From Acidimicrobiia bacterium (GTDB lineage Bacteria; Actinomycetota; Acidimicrobiia; Spongiisociales; Spongiisociaceae): a stretch of DNA of 64,000 nucleotides. Every line of letters starts with the position of its first letter. Position 1 is the stretch's first letter. Made by a program: the position numbers and the translations under genes. Where the stretch lies: the NCBI GenBank assembly GCA_041576165.1, contig JBFGLM010000002.1, positions 32,001 to 96,000 of the forward strand. The letters are read 5' to 3'. This document shows, piece by piece, positions 1 to 8,419 of the stretch. The notes under the pieces are model-generated. The model was not told where the DNA came from. It did no database searches and worked only from the letters and a program-made list of their open reading frames with translations.

Positions 1-1198
1 AGACACCCCGTCCCATCGTGGCCGCTCCGGCCACATGGCCCGTGTTGTACTCGACCGTGTGTACGGCGAGGCCCTCGTCCTTCGCCTGTGATTCCGTGAG
101 GCCCGCCGCCGCCACCTGCGGCGTCGTGAAGACGACCCGCGGCTCGGCCCGCCGGTCACCCCAGGCGGTGGTGTTCAACCCGGCGATATGGCCGCCGGCG
201 ATCCGGGCTTGATACTTGCCGGTGTGGGTCAGCAGCGATCGGCCGTTGACGTCACCGACCGCGTAAAGCCAGGCCCCGTCGACCTCGACCGCTCGCATGT
301 GATCGTCGACGTCGATGTAGGTGCCTGGCTCGAGGCCCACCGTCTCGAGCCCGACATCGTCGGTGAGTGGACGCCGGCCGACCGCTGCGAGAATCTCGTC
401 TGCCTCGATGGTCGAGCCGTCTTCGAGGGTCCCCGTCACCGGACTGTCGGTCGTCTCACGCGTTACCCGGACGAGCTTGGCTTCGGTGTGAACTGCGATA
501 CCCAACCTGTCGAAAGCTGCGGCCACCAACTCACCGGCAAATGGCTCTTCGCGGGGGAGCAACCCCGGCATCATCTCAACGATGGTGACCTCTTCGGCCC
601 CCAGCCATTTCCACGCCTGCGCCATCTCGACACCGACGACGCCGCCGCCGACGATAAGGAGACGGCGAGGGACTTCTTTGGCTGTGGTGATGTCCCGGTT
701 GTCCCACACGGCTATGTTGCGCAGGCCTTCGATGGGAGGGATCGCCGCGCCGGTGCCGGTCGCCACAATGACCGCCTTGGAAGCCTCATACGTCGTGACG
801 GTGCCGTCGCCTGCCTCGACCTCTACGAGCCGCTCGCCGACGAGCCGCCCGTGCCCGCGGATCAGTTCTACACCGACGGAATCCAACCACGCTACCTGTC
901 CGCCATCGTCCCAGTTAGCGCTCAATGCGTCACGGCGCGCCAGCGCAGCGGGCACATCGATCTCTCCGGTGACCGCGTCAGCTGCGCCCGGCACACGCCG
1001 CACGGCGTCGACGACCTCACCCGGTCGCAGTAGCGCCTTCGATGGCATGCACGCGTAATAGCTGCACTCGCCGCCGACAAGCTCTCGCTCGATGACGGCC
1101 GCTCGCAAATCCCCCCTGGCCGCGACGTCGGCTGCGTTCTCACCCGCCGGGCCCGCTCCGATAACCAGTACGTCGTAATCCCTATTCGGGTCCGTCAT
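1..1198 (-). CDS. Pyridine nucleotide-disulfide oxidoreductase (dihydrolipoamide dehydrogenase/mercuric reductase-like); 3' end runs off the window
   Basis: Not in ORF track. Manual minus-strand translation from ATG 1198: MTDPNRDYDVLVIGAGPAGENAA (FAD-binding GxGxxG), LVGGECSYYACMPSK (redox CxxxxC), PRVVFTTPQVAAAGLTE (dimerisation domain). GGGAG RBS upstream. Confidence 0.88.
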   Translation of the reverse strand, partial: MTDPNRDYDVLVIGAGPAGENAADVAARGDLRAAVIERELVGGECSYYACMPSKALLRPGEVVDAVRRVPGAADAVTGEIDVPAALARRDALSANWDDGGQVAWLDSVGVELIRGHGRLVGERLVEVEAGDGTVTTYEASKAVIVATGTGAAIPPIEGLRNIAVWDNRDITTAKEVPRRLLIVGGGVVGVEMAQAWKWLGAEEVTIVEMMPGLLPREEPFAGELVAAAFDRLGIAVHTEAKLVRVTRETTDSPVTGTLEDGSTIEADEILAAVGRRPLTDDVGLETVGLEPGTYIDVDDHMRAVEVDGAWLYAVGDVNGRSLLTHTGKYQARIAGGHIAGLNTTAWGDRRAEPRVVFTTPQVAAAGLTESQAKDEGLAVHTVEYNTGHVAGAATMGRGV

Positions 1199-1241
1199 GC
1201 GTTTCTCCCGCGTCGCGTTCGGGCAGCCCTCGCTCTGGTGA

Positions 1242-1266
1242 AACGCAAGATCGGTTTCAACATTCC
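1242..1266 (-). promoter_or_regulatory. Possible ECF (SigH/SigE-type) promoter for the disulfide oxidoreductase
   Basis: Minus strand GGAAT-N17-GTT; spacer one base shorter than the SigR/SigH consensus. Confidence 0.3.
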
Positions 1267-1285
1267 CGACGGCCCCGTAAGCCGA

Positions 1286-1314
1286 GCCGATCGCCACCTG
1301 GTGATTCGATCGGC
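1286..1314. terminator. Stem-loop immediately after the stop of the 1315-2040 gene
   Basis: GCCGATCG (1286-1293) pairs with CGATCGGC (1307-1314); no U-tract. Confidence 0.4.
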
Positions 1315-2040
1315 CTAGTCCGCATCGTTCAGCGGCCGTCCAAGCAAGGCGTCGATGCGCTCCAATGTCTCGGTGACCTCGAACGTGGCCGGCTTGACCC
1401 GTTCCAGCCGATCGCGCGAACGCACGAGTTGCTCGGCCACGTCACCGCTGAACTCGATGGACATCAACCCCTCCGCTCCACTGAGCGCTGCGTTGAACAG
1501 CGGGATCCGGACCTCGGCGAGGATCTGATCTACGACGTGCGCGGCTGCAAACTGGTCCCAGTCGGAACCGAACCTGATTTGCACGTCATGCAACGAACGG
1601 TCGATGTTGCCGCTCGTCAGGGCAAGATCGAACAGCAACGCCACATCCGATGCCGAGTATGGCAGGGGGACCTTTGACCCGTATTCGATGATCCGCTCAG
1701 CGGCGAAATGGCGCCGGTAGGAGGGAGGCGCCAACAACCAGACCTGGGTGCGACGATCCTTGAGCGGAAACTTGCGAAGGATGCCAGCCGACGCGACCAC
1801 CGCAGACGCAACCAAATCGGGGTGCAATGCCTGCAGCACCGACCCCCCGCGGAGGCGTTCGAGCGGCTCGCCGAGCAAGATGGTGGGGTCGTCACCGTCC
1901 TCTTCGAACGCTACGAACAGTCGTTCGACCCGATTGGTGTGAAACTTCAACGCGGCGCGGCGATCCCCCTTGAGAAATCTCCAACCGACCAGGTCTCGCC
2001 AGTTCATCAGCCTCTTCCGGGCGCCGCGGACGTCCGGCAC
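1315..2040 (-). CDS. Hypothetical protein (start may be ATG 2007)
   Basis: 241-aa ORF with globular-like composition, filling the gap downstream of hisIE on the same strand; no recognised motif. Confidence 0.6.
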   Translation of the reverse strand: MPDVRGARKRLMNWRDLVGWRFLKGDRRAALKFHTNRVERLFVAFEEDGDDPTILLGEPLERLRGGSVLQALHPDLVASAVVASAGILRKFPLKDRRTQVWLLAPPSYRRHFAAERIIEYGSKVPLPYSASDVALLFDLALTSGNIDRSLHDVQIRFGSDWDQFAAAHVVDQILAEVRIPLFNAALSGAEGLMSIEFSGDVAEQLVRSRDRLERVKPATFEVTETLERIDALLGRPLNDAD

Positions 2041-2091
2041 CGCAGATTAGGCCAGCGGCGGAGGTCGGGTGACGGGCGGTTGCCGCCGAAA

Positions 2092-2715
2092 TCACCCCGC
2101 CCTCCCCGCCAGCACGCGCAGCGCCCCTGCCGGCGTCGAACCCCGCTCGCCGATCAGCACGAGCAGGTGGTAGATCAAATCGGCTGCCTCCTCGTCAACC
2201 CGCCGCGTGGGTTCCGCCCGCCGGGCGTGCCCGATCGCAGCCGCGACAACTTCGGCGGCTTCCTCGAGGACCTTGCGTCCGGCGCCGTCGGCGCCCGACT
2301 CCAGCAGCGACGTGGTGTAGGAACCGGCTGGGCGATTCGCAACCCGGTCGGCAATGGTGATCCACAAACGTTCGAGTGTCGCGAATCCGACCGGCTCCGG
2401 CGAGTCGGCATGTGGCTCTTCAAAGCAGGTGCGGGTGCCCGTGTGGCAGGTCGCTCCGACCGGCCTTGCCTCGATCAGCAGTGCGTCACCGTCGCAGTCG
2501 AACCGCATATCGTGCAGTCGGAGCGTGTTACCGCTGGTCTCGCCCTTCCGCCACAGTGCATTGCGGGATCGACTCCAGAAATGGACGAATCCTGTTGAGC
2601 GGGTCGCGTCGATGGCGGCTTGGTTGAGATACCCGAGCATCAGCACTTCCCGGGTGTCGGCGTGCTGGACGATCCCGGCGATCAGACCCGCCTCATCGAA
2701 CGTAGCCTCCCTCAC
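2092..2715 (-). CDS. hisIE: Bifunctional phosphoribosyl-AMP cyclohydrolase / phosphoribosyl-ATP pyrophosphatase
   Basis: [30 protein letters not shown]; C-terminal [26 protein letters not shown]. Confidence 0.95.
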   Translation of the reverse strand: MREATFDEAGLIAGIVQHADTREVLMLGYLNQAAIDATRSTGFVHFWSRSRNALWRKGETSGNTLRLHDMRFDCDGDALLIEARPVGATCHTGTRTCFEEPHADSPEPVGFATLERLWITIADRVANRPAGSYTTSLLESGADGAGRKVLEEAAEVVAAAIGHARRAEPTRRVDEEAADLIYHLLVLIGERGSTPAGALRVLAGRAG

Positions 2716-3476
2716 GCGTCCACCCTGGCCGGCACCCCTGCCGCGATCATCGCAGCTTTGACCTCGCGAATTCCGACCTGCGACCGGTGGAAGATGCTCG
2801 CCGCTAGGGCAGCATCGGCCCTCCCCTCCACCAGCGCAGCCACGCAGTCGGCGGCCGACCCGGCCCCGCCCGAGGCAATGATCGGTACCGGCACGGCGGT
2901 GTGCATCTGATGGAGAAGGTCGAGGTCGAACCCGGCATTGGTGCCGTCGCGATCCATCGAAGTGAGCAGTATTTCACCGGCGCCCCGGCCTGCACCGGCA
3001 GCGGCCCATTCAATGGCATCGAGCCCAGTCGGTGTTCTGCCGCCATTGACGAACACCTCCCAACGGTGGCCGCCAACGTGCTTGGCGTCGACCGCGAGCA
3101 CGACGCATTGATTGCCGAACGCGGCGGCACATCGGTTGATCAGGTCGGGATCGCGAACTGCGGAGGTGTTGATGGATACCTTGTCGGCGCCGGCCCGAAG
3201 GACTGCCCGCATGTCCTCCACGCTGCGTACACCGCCTCCCACTGTGAGCGGGACGAACACATTGCGAGCAGTGCGCCGCACCAGGTCCAACAGCGTACCC
3301 CGACCTTCGGGCGAGGCCGTGATGTCCAGATAGACGATCTCATCGGCCCCCTCGGCCGCATAGCGGGCCGCCAGCTCGACCGGATCGCCCTCATCTACCA
3401 GATTCACGAAGTTCACGCCCTTGACGACCCGCCCGTCGGCGACGTCGAGACACGGGATCACCCGCTTACGCAACAT
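2712..3476 (-). CDS. hisF: Imidazole glycerol phosphate synthase, cyclase subunit
   Basis: [46 protein letters not shown]. Confidence 0.97.
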   Translation of the reverse strand: MLRKRVIPCLDVADGRVVKGVNFVNLVDEGDPVELAARYAAEGADEIVYLDITASPEGRGTLLDLVRRTARNVFVPLTVGGGVRSVEDMRAVLRAGADKVSINTSAVRDPDLINRCAAAFGNQCVVLAVDAKHVGGHRWEVFVNGGRTPTGLDAIEWAAAGAGRGAGEILLTSMDRDGTNAGFDLDLLHQMHTAVPVPIIASGGAGSAADCVAALVEGRADAALAASIFHRSQVGIREVKAAMIAAGVPARVDA

Positions 3477-4083
3477 GCTGATCTACCCGCACCGACTGGA
3501 CGAAATTGTCGATCATCCGCATGCCATGCCGGCCCGAACGCTCCGGGTGAAACTGCACACCTACCCGATTGCCGCGGCGAACCGCGGCCACGAACGGTGT
3601 CCCATAGGTCGAGCGGGCAATCACAACTCCGTCATCATCCGGGACGGGAGCGAAGCTGTGCACGAAATAGAAGGTGGCGTCGGGACTGATCCCGTTCATC
3701 AGCGGGTCGTCAGGCTCGCGGTCGACGAGCTCGTTCCAACCGATGTGCGGCAGGCGCTCCGCCGGTAGCCGCTGGACCCGCCCCGGGATCAAACCGAGAC
3801 AAGGGCCCTCGTCCTCGTCGCTGGTTTCGAAGAACAGCTGCAGACCCACGCAGATCCCGAGCAGGGGGCCTTCCCAGGCCCGGAGCGGATCGACGAGGCC
3901 CTGGACGGCCAGCCGCTGCATCGCGGCGCCAGTGGCCCCAACCCCGGGCAACACAACCGCGTCGGCATTCTCGAAGCCGGATGGGTCGCGCGTGACGGTC
4001 GCAACTGCGCCGGCCGATACCAGCGCCTGGGATATGGATACGAGATTGCCCGCCCCGTGATCGACCACGGCGATCCGCGTCAC
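3466..4083 (-). CDS. hisH: Imidazole glycerol phosphate synthase, glutaminase subunit
   Basis: [35 protein letters not shown]. Confidence 0.96.
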   Translation of the reverse strand: MTRIAVVDHGAGNLVSISQALVSAGAVATVTRDPSGFENADAVVLPGVGATGAAMQRLAVQGLVDPLRAWEGPLLGICVGLQLFFETSDEDEGPCLGLIPGRVQRLPAERLPHIGWNELVDREPDDPLMNGISPDATFYFVHSFAPVPDDDGVVIARSTYGTPFVAAVRRGNRVGVQFHPERSGRHGMRMIDNFVQSVRVDQHVA

Positions 4084-4667
4084 AGCGATCCCTTGGTGGA
4101 AGGTACCCCGGATCGGCGGGGATCTGGCGCCACCGCCGCCCGGAGCGCTCGAGCCAGGGCCTTGGCGGCCGCCTCCGCCAGATGGTGATCGTTGGCACCC
4201 GTAGCGGAGAGATGCAGCGTGAACCCTGCTCGAGCAGCCAGCGCCTCGAAGGCGTGAGCAATGTTCTGGGTGGTGAGGTTGCCCAGGTATGGCGTCTCGA
4301 ACGGCAGGTCGATGACGGTGTAGGGCCGGCCTCCCACATCGATGGTGCAGCGAGCTAGCGCCTCGTCCATTGGTACGGCGGCGTCACCGAATCGTTGGAT
4401 TCCCTGGCGATCGCCGAGTGCGTCCCCCAACGCATCACCCAGCACGAGCGCGGTGTCCTCGACGGTATGGTGATCGTCGACCACCAGGTCGCCGGCAGTC
4501 TCGATCTCGATGTCGATCAGCGAGTGGTGCGCCAGGCTGGTGAGGAGGTGGTCGAAAAAGCCCACCCCAGTCGTGATGTCGGCCCTGCCGGTACCATCGA
4601 GATCGACCCGAACTCGGACCTTCGTCTCGCTGGTCTCTCGCGAAGCCTCGCCGGTGCGGCCGCTCAT
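4080..4667 (-). CDS. hisB: Imidazoleglycerol-phosphate dehydratase
   Basis: RETSET, TGVGFFDHLL, DDHHTVED, PMDEAL, NDHHLAEA, PSTKGSL; ATG overlaps hisD stop (ATGA). Confidence 0.96.
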   Translation of the reverse strand: MSGRTGEASRETSETKVRVRVDLDGTGRADITTGVGFFDHLLTSLAHHSLIDIEIETAGDLVVDDHHTVEDTALVLGDALGDALGDRQGIQRFGDAAVPMDEALARCTIDVGGRPYTVIDLPFETPYLGNLTTQNIAHAFEALAARAGFTLHLSATGANDHHLAEAAAKALARALRAAVAPDPRRSGVPSTKGSL

Positions 4668-5956
4668 GCGTCGTCTCCCTGTTCGAACCTCAGTGTTGCG
4701 GCCAGCGCATGGGCAGTGAGACCCTCCGCCTCCGCCAGCGTGCAAATCGTGCCACGCAATCCGGCCAAACCCCGTTCGCTGATTGTCTGCACCTGCCGCC
4801 ACGAGCCGAAGTCATCGACCGCCAGCGGCCCACAAGCGCGGGCCAGCCCGCCGGTGGGAAGCACGTGGTTGGCGCCGGTTGCATAGTCCCCGGCCGATTC
4901 GGGGGACCATCGGCCCACATAGACAGATCCAGCTCCGGTGACGGCCTTGGCCACGTCCGCGGCCGCTTCGGTCATGACCGTCACGTGCTCACCCGCGTAC
5001 TCGTTGGCGAAGTCGACGGCCTCGGATGTGTCGTCGACCAGGACGACCAATCCATGGTTGTCCAGTGCTTGAATGAGCAGGTCGCGACGTTCCAGACCGG
5101 CGAGAAGCGTGTCCAGCTCTGCGGCCACCCGGTCGGCTAGCTCCGGGTGGCTGGTCACCAATACGGCCGGCGAGTCTGGACCGTGCTCGGCCTGGCACAG
5201 CAGGTCGATCGCAACCAGGCGCGGCTCGGCGGTGTGGTCGGCGATGACCAGCACCTCGCTCGGCCCGGCCGGAAGATCGATGTCGCAGACGCCGTACACG
5301 GCGAGCTTGGCGGCGGTCACCCAGGGATTGCCGGGACCCACGATCTTGTCGACAGGCTGAATCGTTTCGGTCCCATACGCCAGCGCTGCGATCGCTTGGG
5401 CACCGCCCATCGCGTAGAGCTCGTCTACTCCGGCCAGATGAGCCGCTCCCAACAGCACCGGCGACAGGCGGCCGTGCTGGTCAGCCGGCGTGGCCACCAC
5501 CCGTCGTCCCACAGCTGCGACAGCAGCCGGTGCCATGGCCATGATCAGACTCGACGGATAAGTGGCCTTGCCGCCCGGAACGTACGCTCCCACACTTGCC
5601 AGGGGCGTCCATTTGCGCTCAATCCGCACACCCTCGAACGTTGCCACGCTGTGATCGGCTGGCAGCTGGGCACGGTGAAAACGAGTGACGGCGTCGATGG
5701 CGGCCTCCAAGGCGCGGGTCACCATCGCCGGCAGGCCGCGGGCGGCGGCGGTGATTTCCTCGGCGGCTACCCGCACGGGTATTCGACTTCCCCCGTACCG
5801 CCGGCCGGCATCATTCAGGGCTGCATCCCCGCCGTCACGGATGGCCGCGCAAATGCGCGCCGCTGCGTCCCGCACGTCATCATTGGGGACGGCCGAGCGG
5901 TGTAGGATCGCTCGCTGTTCCGGCGCGGTGAGGTCTTTCCAGGTGACAGTCCGCAT
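4664..5956 (-). CDS. hisD: Histidinol dehydrogenase
   Basis: GAYVPGGKATYPSS, GGAQAIAALAYGTE, KIVGPGN, PAGPSE, QAEHG, GANHVLPTGG; start overlaps hisG stop (TGATG). Confidence 0.96.
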   Translation of the reverse strand: MRTVTWKDLTAPEQRAILHRSAVPNDDVRDAAARICAAIRDGGDAALNDAGRRYGGSRIPVRVAAEEITAAARGLPAMVTRALEAAIDAVTRFHRAQLPADHSVATFEGVRIERKWTPLASVGAYVPGGKATYPSSLIMAMAPAAVAAVGRRVVATPADQHGRLSPVLLGAAHLAGVDELYAMGGAQAIAALAYGTETIQPVDKIVGPGNPWVTAAKLAVYGVCDIDLPAGPSEVLVIADHTAEPRLVAIDLLCQAEHGPDSPAVLVTSHPELADRVAAELDTLLAGLERRDLLIQALDNHGLVVLVDDTSEAVDFANEYAGEHVTVMTEAAADVAKAVTGAGSVYVGRWSPESAGDYATGANHVLPTGGLARACGPLAVDDFGSWRQVQTISERGLAGLRGTICTLAEAEGLTAHALAATLRFEQGDDA

Positions 5957-6819
5957 CAGCGAATGAGTTGTTCGATCGGCAGTACCAGGATGTCGTGCGC
6001 CCCGGCGGCTTTGAGATGGGGGAGGAGGCTCCACACCTCCCCGGCATCAACAACCGAGTGAATTGCGACCTCGCCCTCCTCAGCGAGCGGCACGATGGTC
6101 GGCGCCTCCAGTCCGGGGATGATGGCGGCGATAGATTCGATCGAAGACTTTGGAGCGTTCAGCATCAGGTACCGCTTCCGCCGGCCGGCGACCACGGCCA
6201 TCAGCGGGAGGCGCACCCGCTCGATCTCATCTGGCCGCGACGCCACGGCTGTCGGAGATGCGGCCAGGATCGCTTGCGACTCGATTATCTCGACGATCGG
6301 GCGCAACCCGTTGACGAGCAATGTTGATCCCGTAGAGACCAAATCGGCGATGGCGTCGGCGATTCCCAGCTTGGGCGCGACCTCCACCGAGCCGCGCAGA
6401 GGAACGACGTCCACCGCGATGTTGCGCACCTCGAAGAACTGCCGAGTGAGCACGGGGTGGGACGTGGCAACGCGCCTGCCGTCGAGGTGATCAGGTTTTT
6501 CGACGTCGGACGAGTTGGGCACGGCCACCACCAGCTGGCACCGGCCGAAACCCAGTTCGGCGATTACCGGGATCTCACGGTTGATTTCGCTCAGCAGATC
6601 GAAGCCGGTGATCCCCATGTCGGTCGCCTCGTCGATGAGCAACTCGGGGATGTCCTCGGTCCGTACAAACAGCAGCTCCATGTCGGCGTTCTGGACGTGC
6701 ACCGACAACGCGCGTTCGGTCTGCTCAAACACCAATCCGGCTTCCCGTAGCAAACGGGCGGTCGCATCTCTGAGCCGCCCTTTGTTGGGCACTGCCAAGC
6801 GGAAGTTACCGTCGCTCAT
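5956..6819 (-). CDS. hisG: ATP phosphoribosyltransferase (long form)
   Basis: LAVPNKGRL, GSVEVAPKLGIADAIADLVSTGSTL, C-terminal regulatory domain (PGLEAPT...LKAAGA). Confidence 0.95.
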   Translation of the reverse strand: MSDGNFRLAVPNKGRLRDATARLLREAGLVFEQTERALSVHVQNADMELLFVRTEDIPELLIDEATDMGITGFDLLSEINREIPVIAELGFGRCQLVVAVPNSSDVEKPDHLDGRRVATSHPVLTRQFFEVRNIAVDVVPLRGSVEVAPKLGIADAIADLVSTGSTLLVNGLRPIVEIIESQAILAASPTAVASRPDEIERVRLPLMAVVAGRRKRYLMLNAPKSSIESIAAIIPGLEAPTIVPLAEEGEVAIHSVVDAGEVWSLLPHLKAAGAHDILVLPIEQLIR

Positions 6820-7118
6820 CTCGGCTCCTGTTCCCGATCCAACGCGAGCTGATATCCACCGGTGCCGCGGGTGAGCCACTGGTTGACCCGGGTCACTGTG
6901 GCGGTCGAGACTCCAGTGGCGCGGGCGACCTCCCTATAGGGGAGACCATCCGCCAGGCTGCGCACCACGGCCCACCGCCCGGACAGCTCAGACAGCTCTT
7001 TGACGGTGCACAAATCCCGCAGGAACGCCGCCATCTCGTCGACGGTGTCGAGGCTGAGCAGCGCCCGACACAGGTCATTGACCTCTTCGGTGCGCCAGTC
7101 GTTGCGGTTGGTCGCCAT
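6816..7118 (-). CDS. TrpR-like YerC/YecD regulator (putative HisR)
   Basis: FLRDLCTVKEL, HTH YREVARATGVSTATVTRVNQWL, GTGGY; first gene of the his operon, stop overlaps hisG start. Confidence 0.9.
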   Translation of the reverse strand: MATNRNDWRTEEVNDLCRALLSLDTVDEMAAFLRDLCTVKELSELSGRWAVVRSLADGLPYREVARATGVSTATVTRVNQWLTRGTGGYQLALDREQEPR

Positions 7119-7198
7119 GGCTGCCTAACGGGTGGTTGATCTCGCGGATGTCCCTGAGGGCTGTCGTCAGTGCGTACTGTTCTCAGTACCTGTCTGTT

Positions 7199-7238
7199 CT
7201 AGTGTTTTAACATGCTAAAACATTGAAACACTACGGTA
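7199..7238. promoter_or_regulatory. Palindromic operator in the divergent hisR/hisA promoter region
   Basis: TGTTTTAACATGCTAAAACA (7203-7222) is a near-perfect palindrome in an AT-rich patch; TAGTGTTT (7200-7207) also pairs with AAACACTA (7226-7233). Confidence 0.7.
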
Positions 7239-7274
7239 CAGTACGGTCTGCGCATTCTCAAACCGGGGCGGACA

Positions 7275-7988
7275 ATGGATGTGATTCCAGCCGTCGACAT
7301 TCTGAGTGGCTCCGTCGTGCGACTGATGCAAGGCGACTACGAGCAGGTGACCGAGTACGGAAGCTCACCGGTCGATGCCGCCCGGCGGTGGCTCGATGCC
7401 GGGGCGCAACTGGTCCACATTGTTGATCTGCACGGGGCCCGAGACGGCACCGCCGACGTCGACACTTGGCGCTCGCTTGGACGAGCCGGCATCCCGTTCC
7501 AGCTCGGTGGCGGTATCCGCACCCTCGACACCGTTCGGGCGGCGATCGGAGCAGGTGCGCGGAGGGTCATTCTGGGTACCGCCGCCGTCTGGCAGCCCGA
7601 TCTGCTGGGACGCGCGATCGACGAAGCCGGCACCGGATCCATCGTGGCGTCGATCGACGTGCGGGACGGGCGGGCGACCGGTGCCGGCTGGCTCGACGAG
7701 GGCCGGGTCACTGAGGACGTGGTCGCCGGCACCTTCGCGGTAGGCGTGCGCCAGTATTTGGTGACCGCTGTGGCCCGCGACGGGACCATGCGCGGCCCGG
7801 ACCTCGAGCTGATCTCCCGTGTGATCGAGCTCACGGAGGGGGCGTACGTCATGTGTGCGGGCGGTATCGGCACTCTCGGTGACGTGGCCCGAGTCCGGGA
7901 GCTTGGGGCCGGCGGGGTAGTGGTCGGCCGCGCGCTGTATGAGGGAGCCTTCTCATTGAGCGAAGCCGCCCGGGTCGCTGAAGGGTGA
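7275..7988 (+). CDS. hisA: HisA isomerase (ProFAR isomerase), divergent from the other his genes
   Basis: VIPAVDILSGSVVRLMQGDY, HIVDLHGA, QLGGGIR, ARDGTMRGPD, VVGRALYEG. Confidence 0.93.
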   Translation: MDVIPAVDILSGSVVRLMQGDYEQVTEYGSSPVDAARRWLDAGAQLVHIVDLHGARDGTADVDTWRSLGRAGIPFQLGGGIRTLDTVRAAIGAGARRVILGTAAVWQPDLLGRAIDEAGTGSIVASIDVRDGRATGAGWLDEGRVTEDVVAGTFAVGVRQYLVTAVARDGTMRGPDLELISRVIELTEGAYVMCAGGIGTLGDVARVRELGAGGVVVGRALYEGAFSLSEAARVAEG

Positions 7989-8009
7989 GCCGGCCCGGCG
8001 CAGCCTGTA

Positions 8010-8318
8010 TCAGGGAACCGTGCAGATCGGATCTGTCGAGTCGGGCGGGCACAACGGACCGCCGCCGGAGCCGCCGCCGCCGGAGCCGCCGCCGCCGGAC
8101 CCGCCGCCGGAACTCCCGCCACCCGATCCGTTCTGGTTGAAAGAGGCCGGCACCTGATCCCACAGATCGCCGGTGTTATTGCCGAAGTAGGCAACCGCCG
8201 CGATGGCCACCACCGCGATCAAGAGGACCGCAAGGGCGGTCTCGAGCAGATTTGCGCCGAAGTCGCTCCCCAGATCGAGCGCGCGCCGCATGGGGCCCCG
8301 CTCGCTTTCCGTGGTCAT
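8010..8318 (-). CDS. Flp/Tad-type pilin-like protein with Gly/Ser linker and Cys-pair tail
   Basis: Prepilin-like G|ANLLE followed by a hydrophobic helix (TALAVLLIAVVAIAAVAYFG), then GGGGS repeats and CPPDSTDPIC. Confidence 0.7.
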   Translation of the reverse strand: MTTESERGPMRRALDLGSDFGANLLETALAVLLIAVVAIAAVAYFGNNTGDLWDQVPASFNQNGSGGGSSGGGSGGGGSGGGGSGGGPLCPPDSTDPICTVP

Positions 8319-8419
8319 ATGCAGCCCCTTGTAATTCCCAGCTATCACAAGTATACGCAAGTTGCGGCAGAGAATGGGCACTCACAGTGGTGGCGGCGCA
8401 GCAAAGCCGGCCACGCCGG

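Noticed and set aside
188-1033. 281-aa plus-strand ORF
   Set aside because: Shadow of the minus-strand disulfide oxidoreductase, which carries all the motifs.
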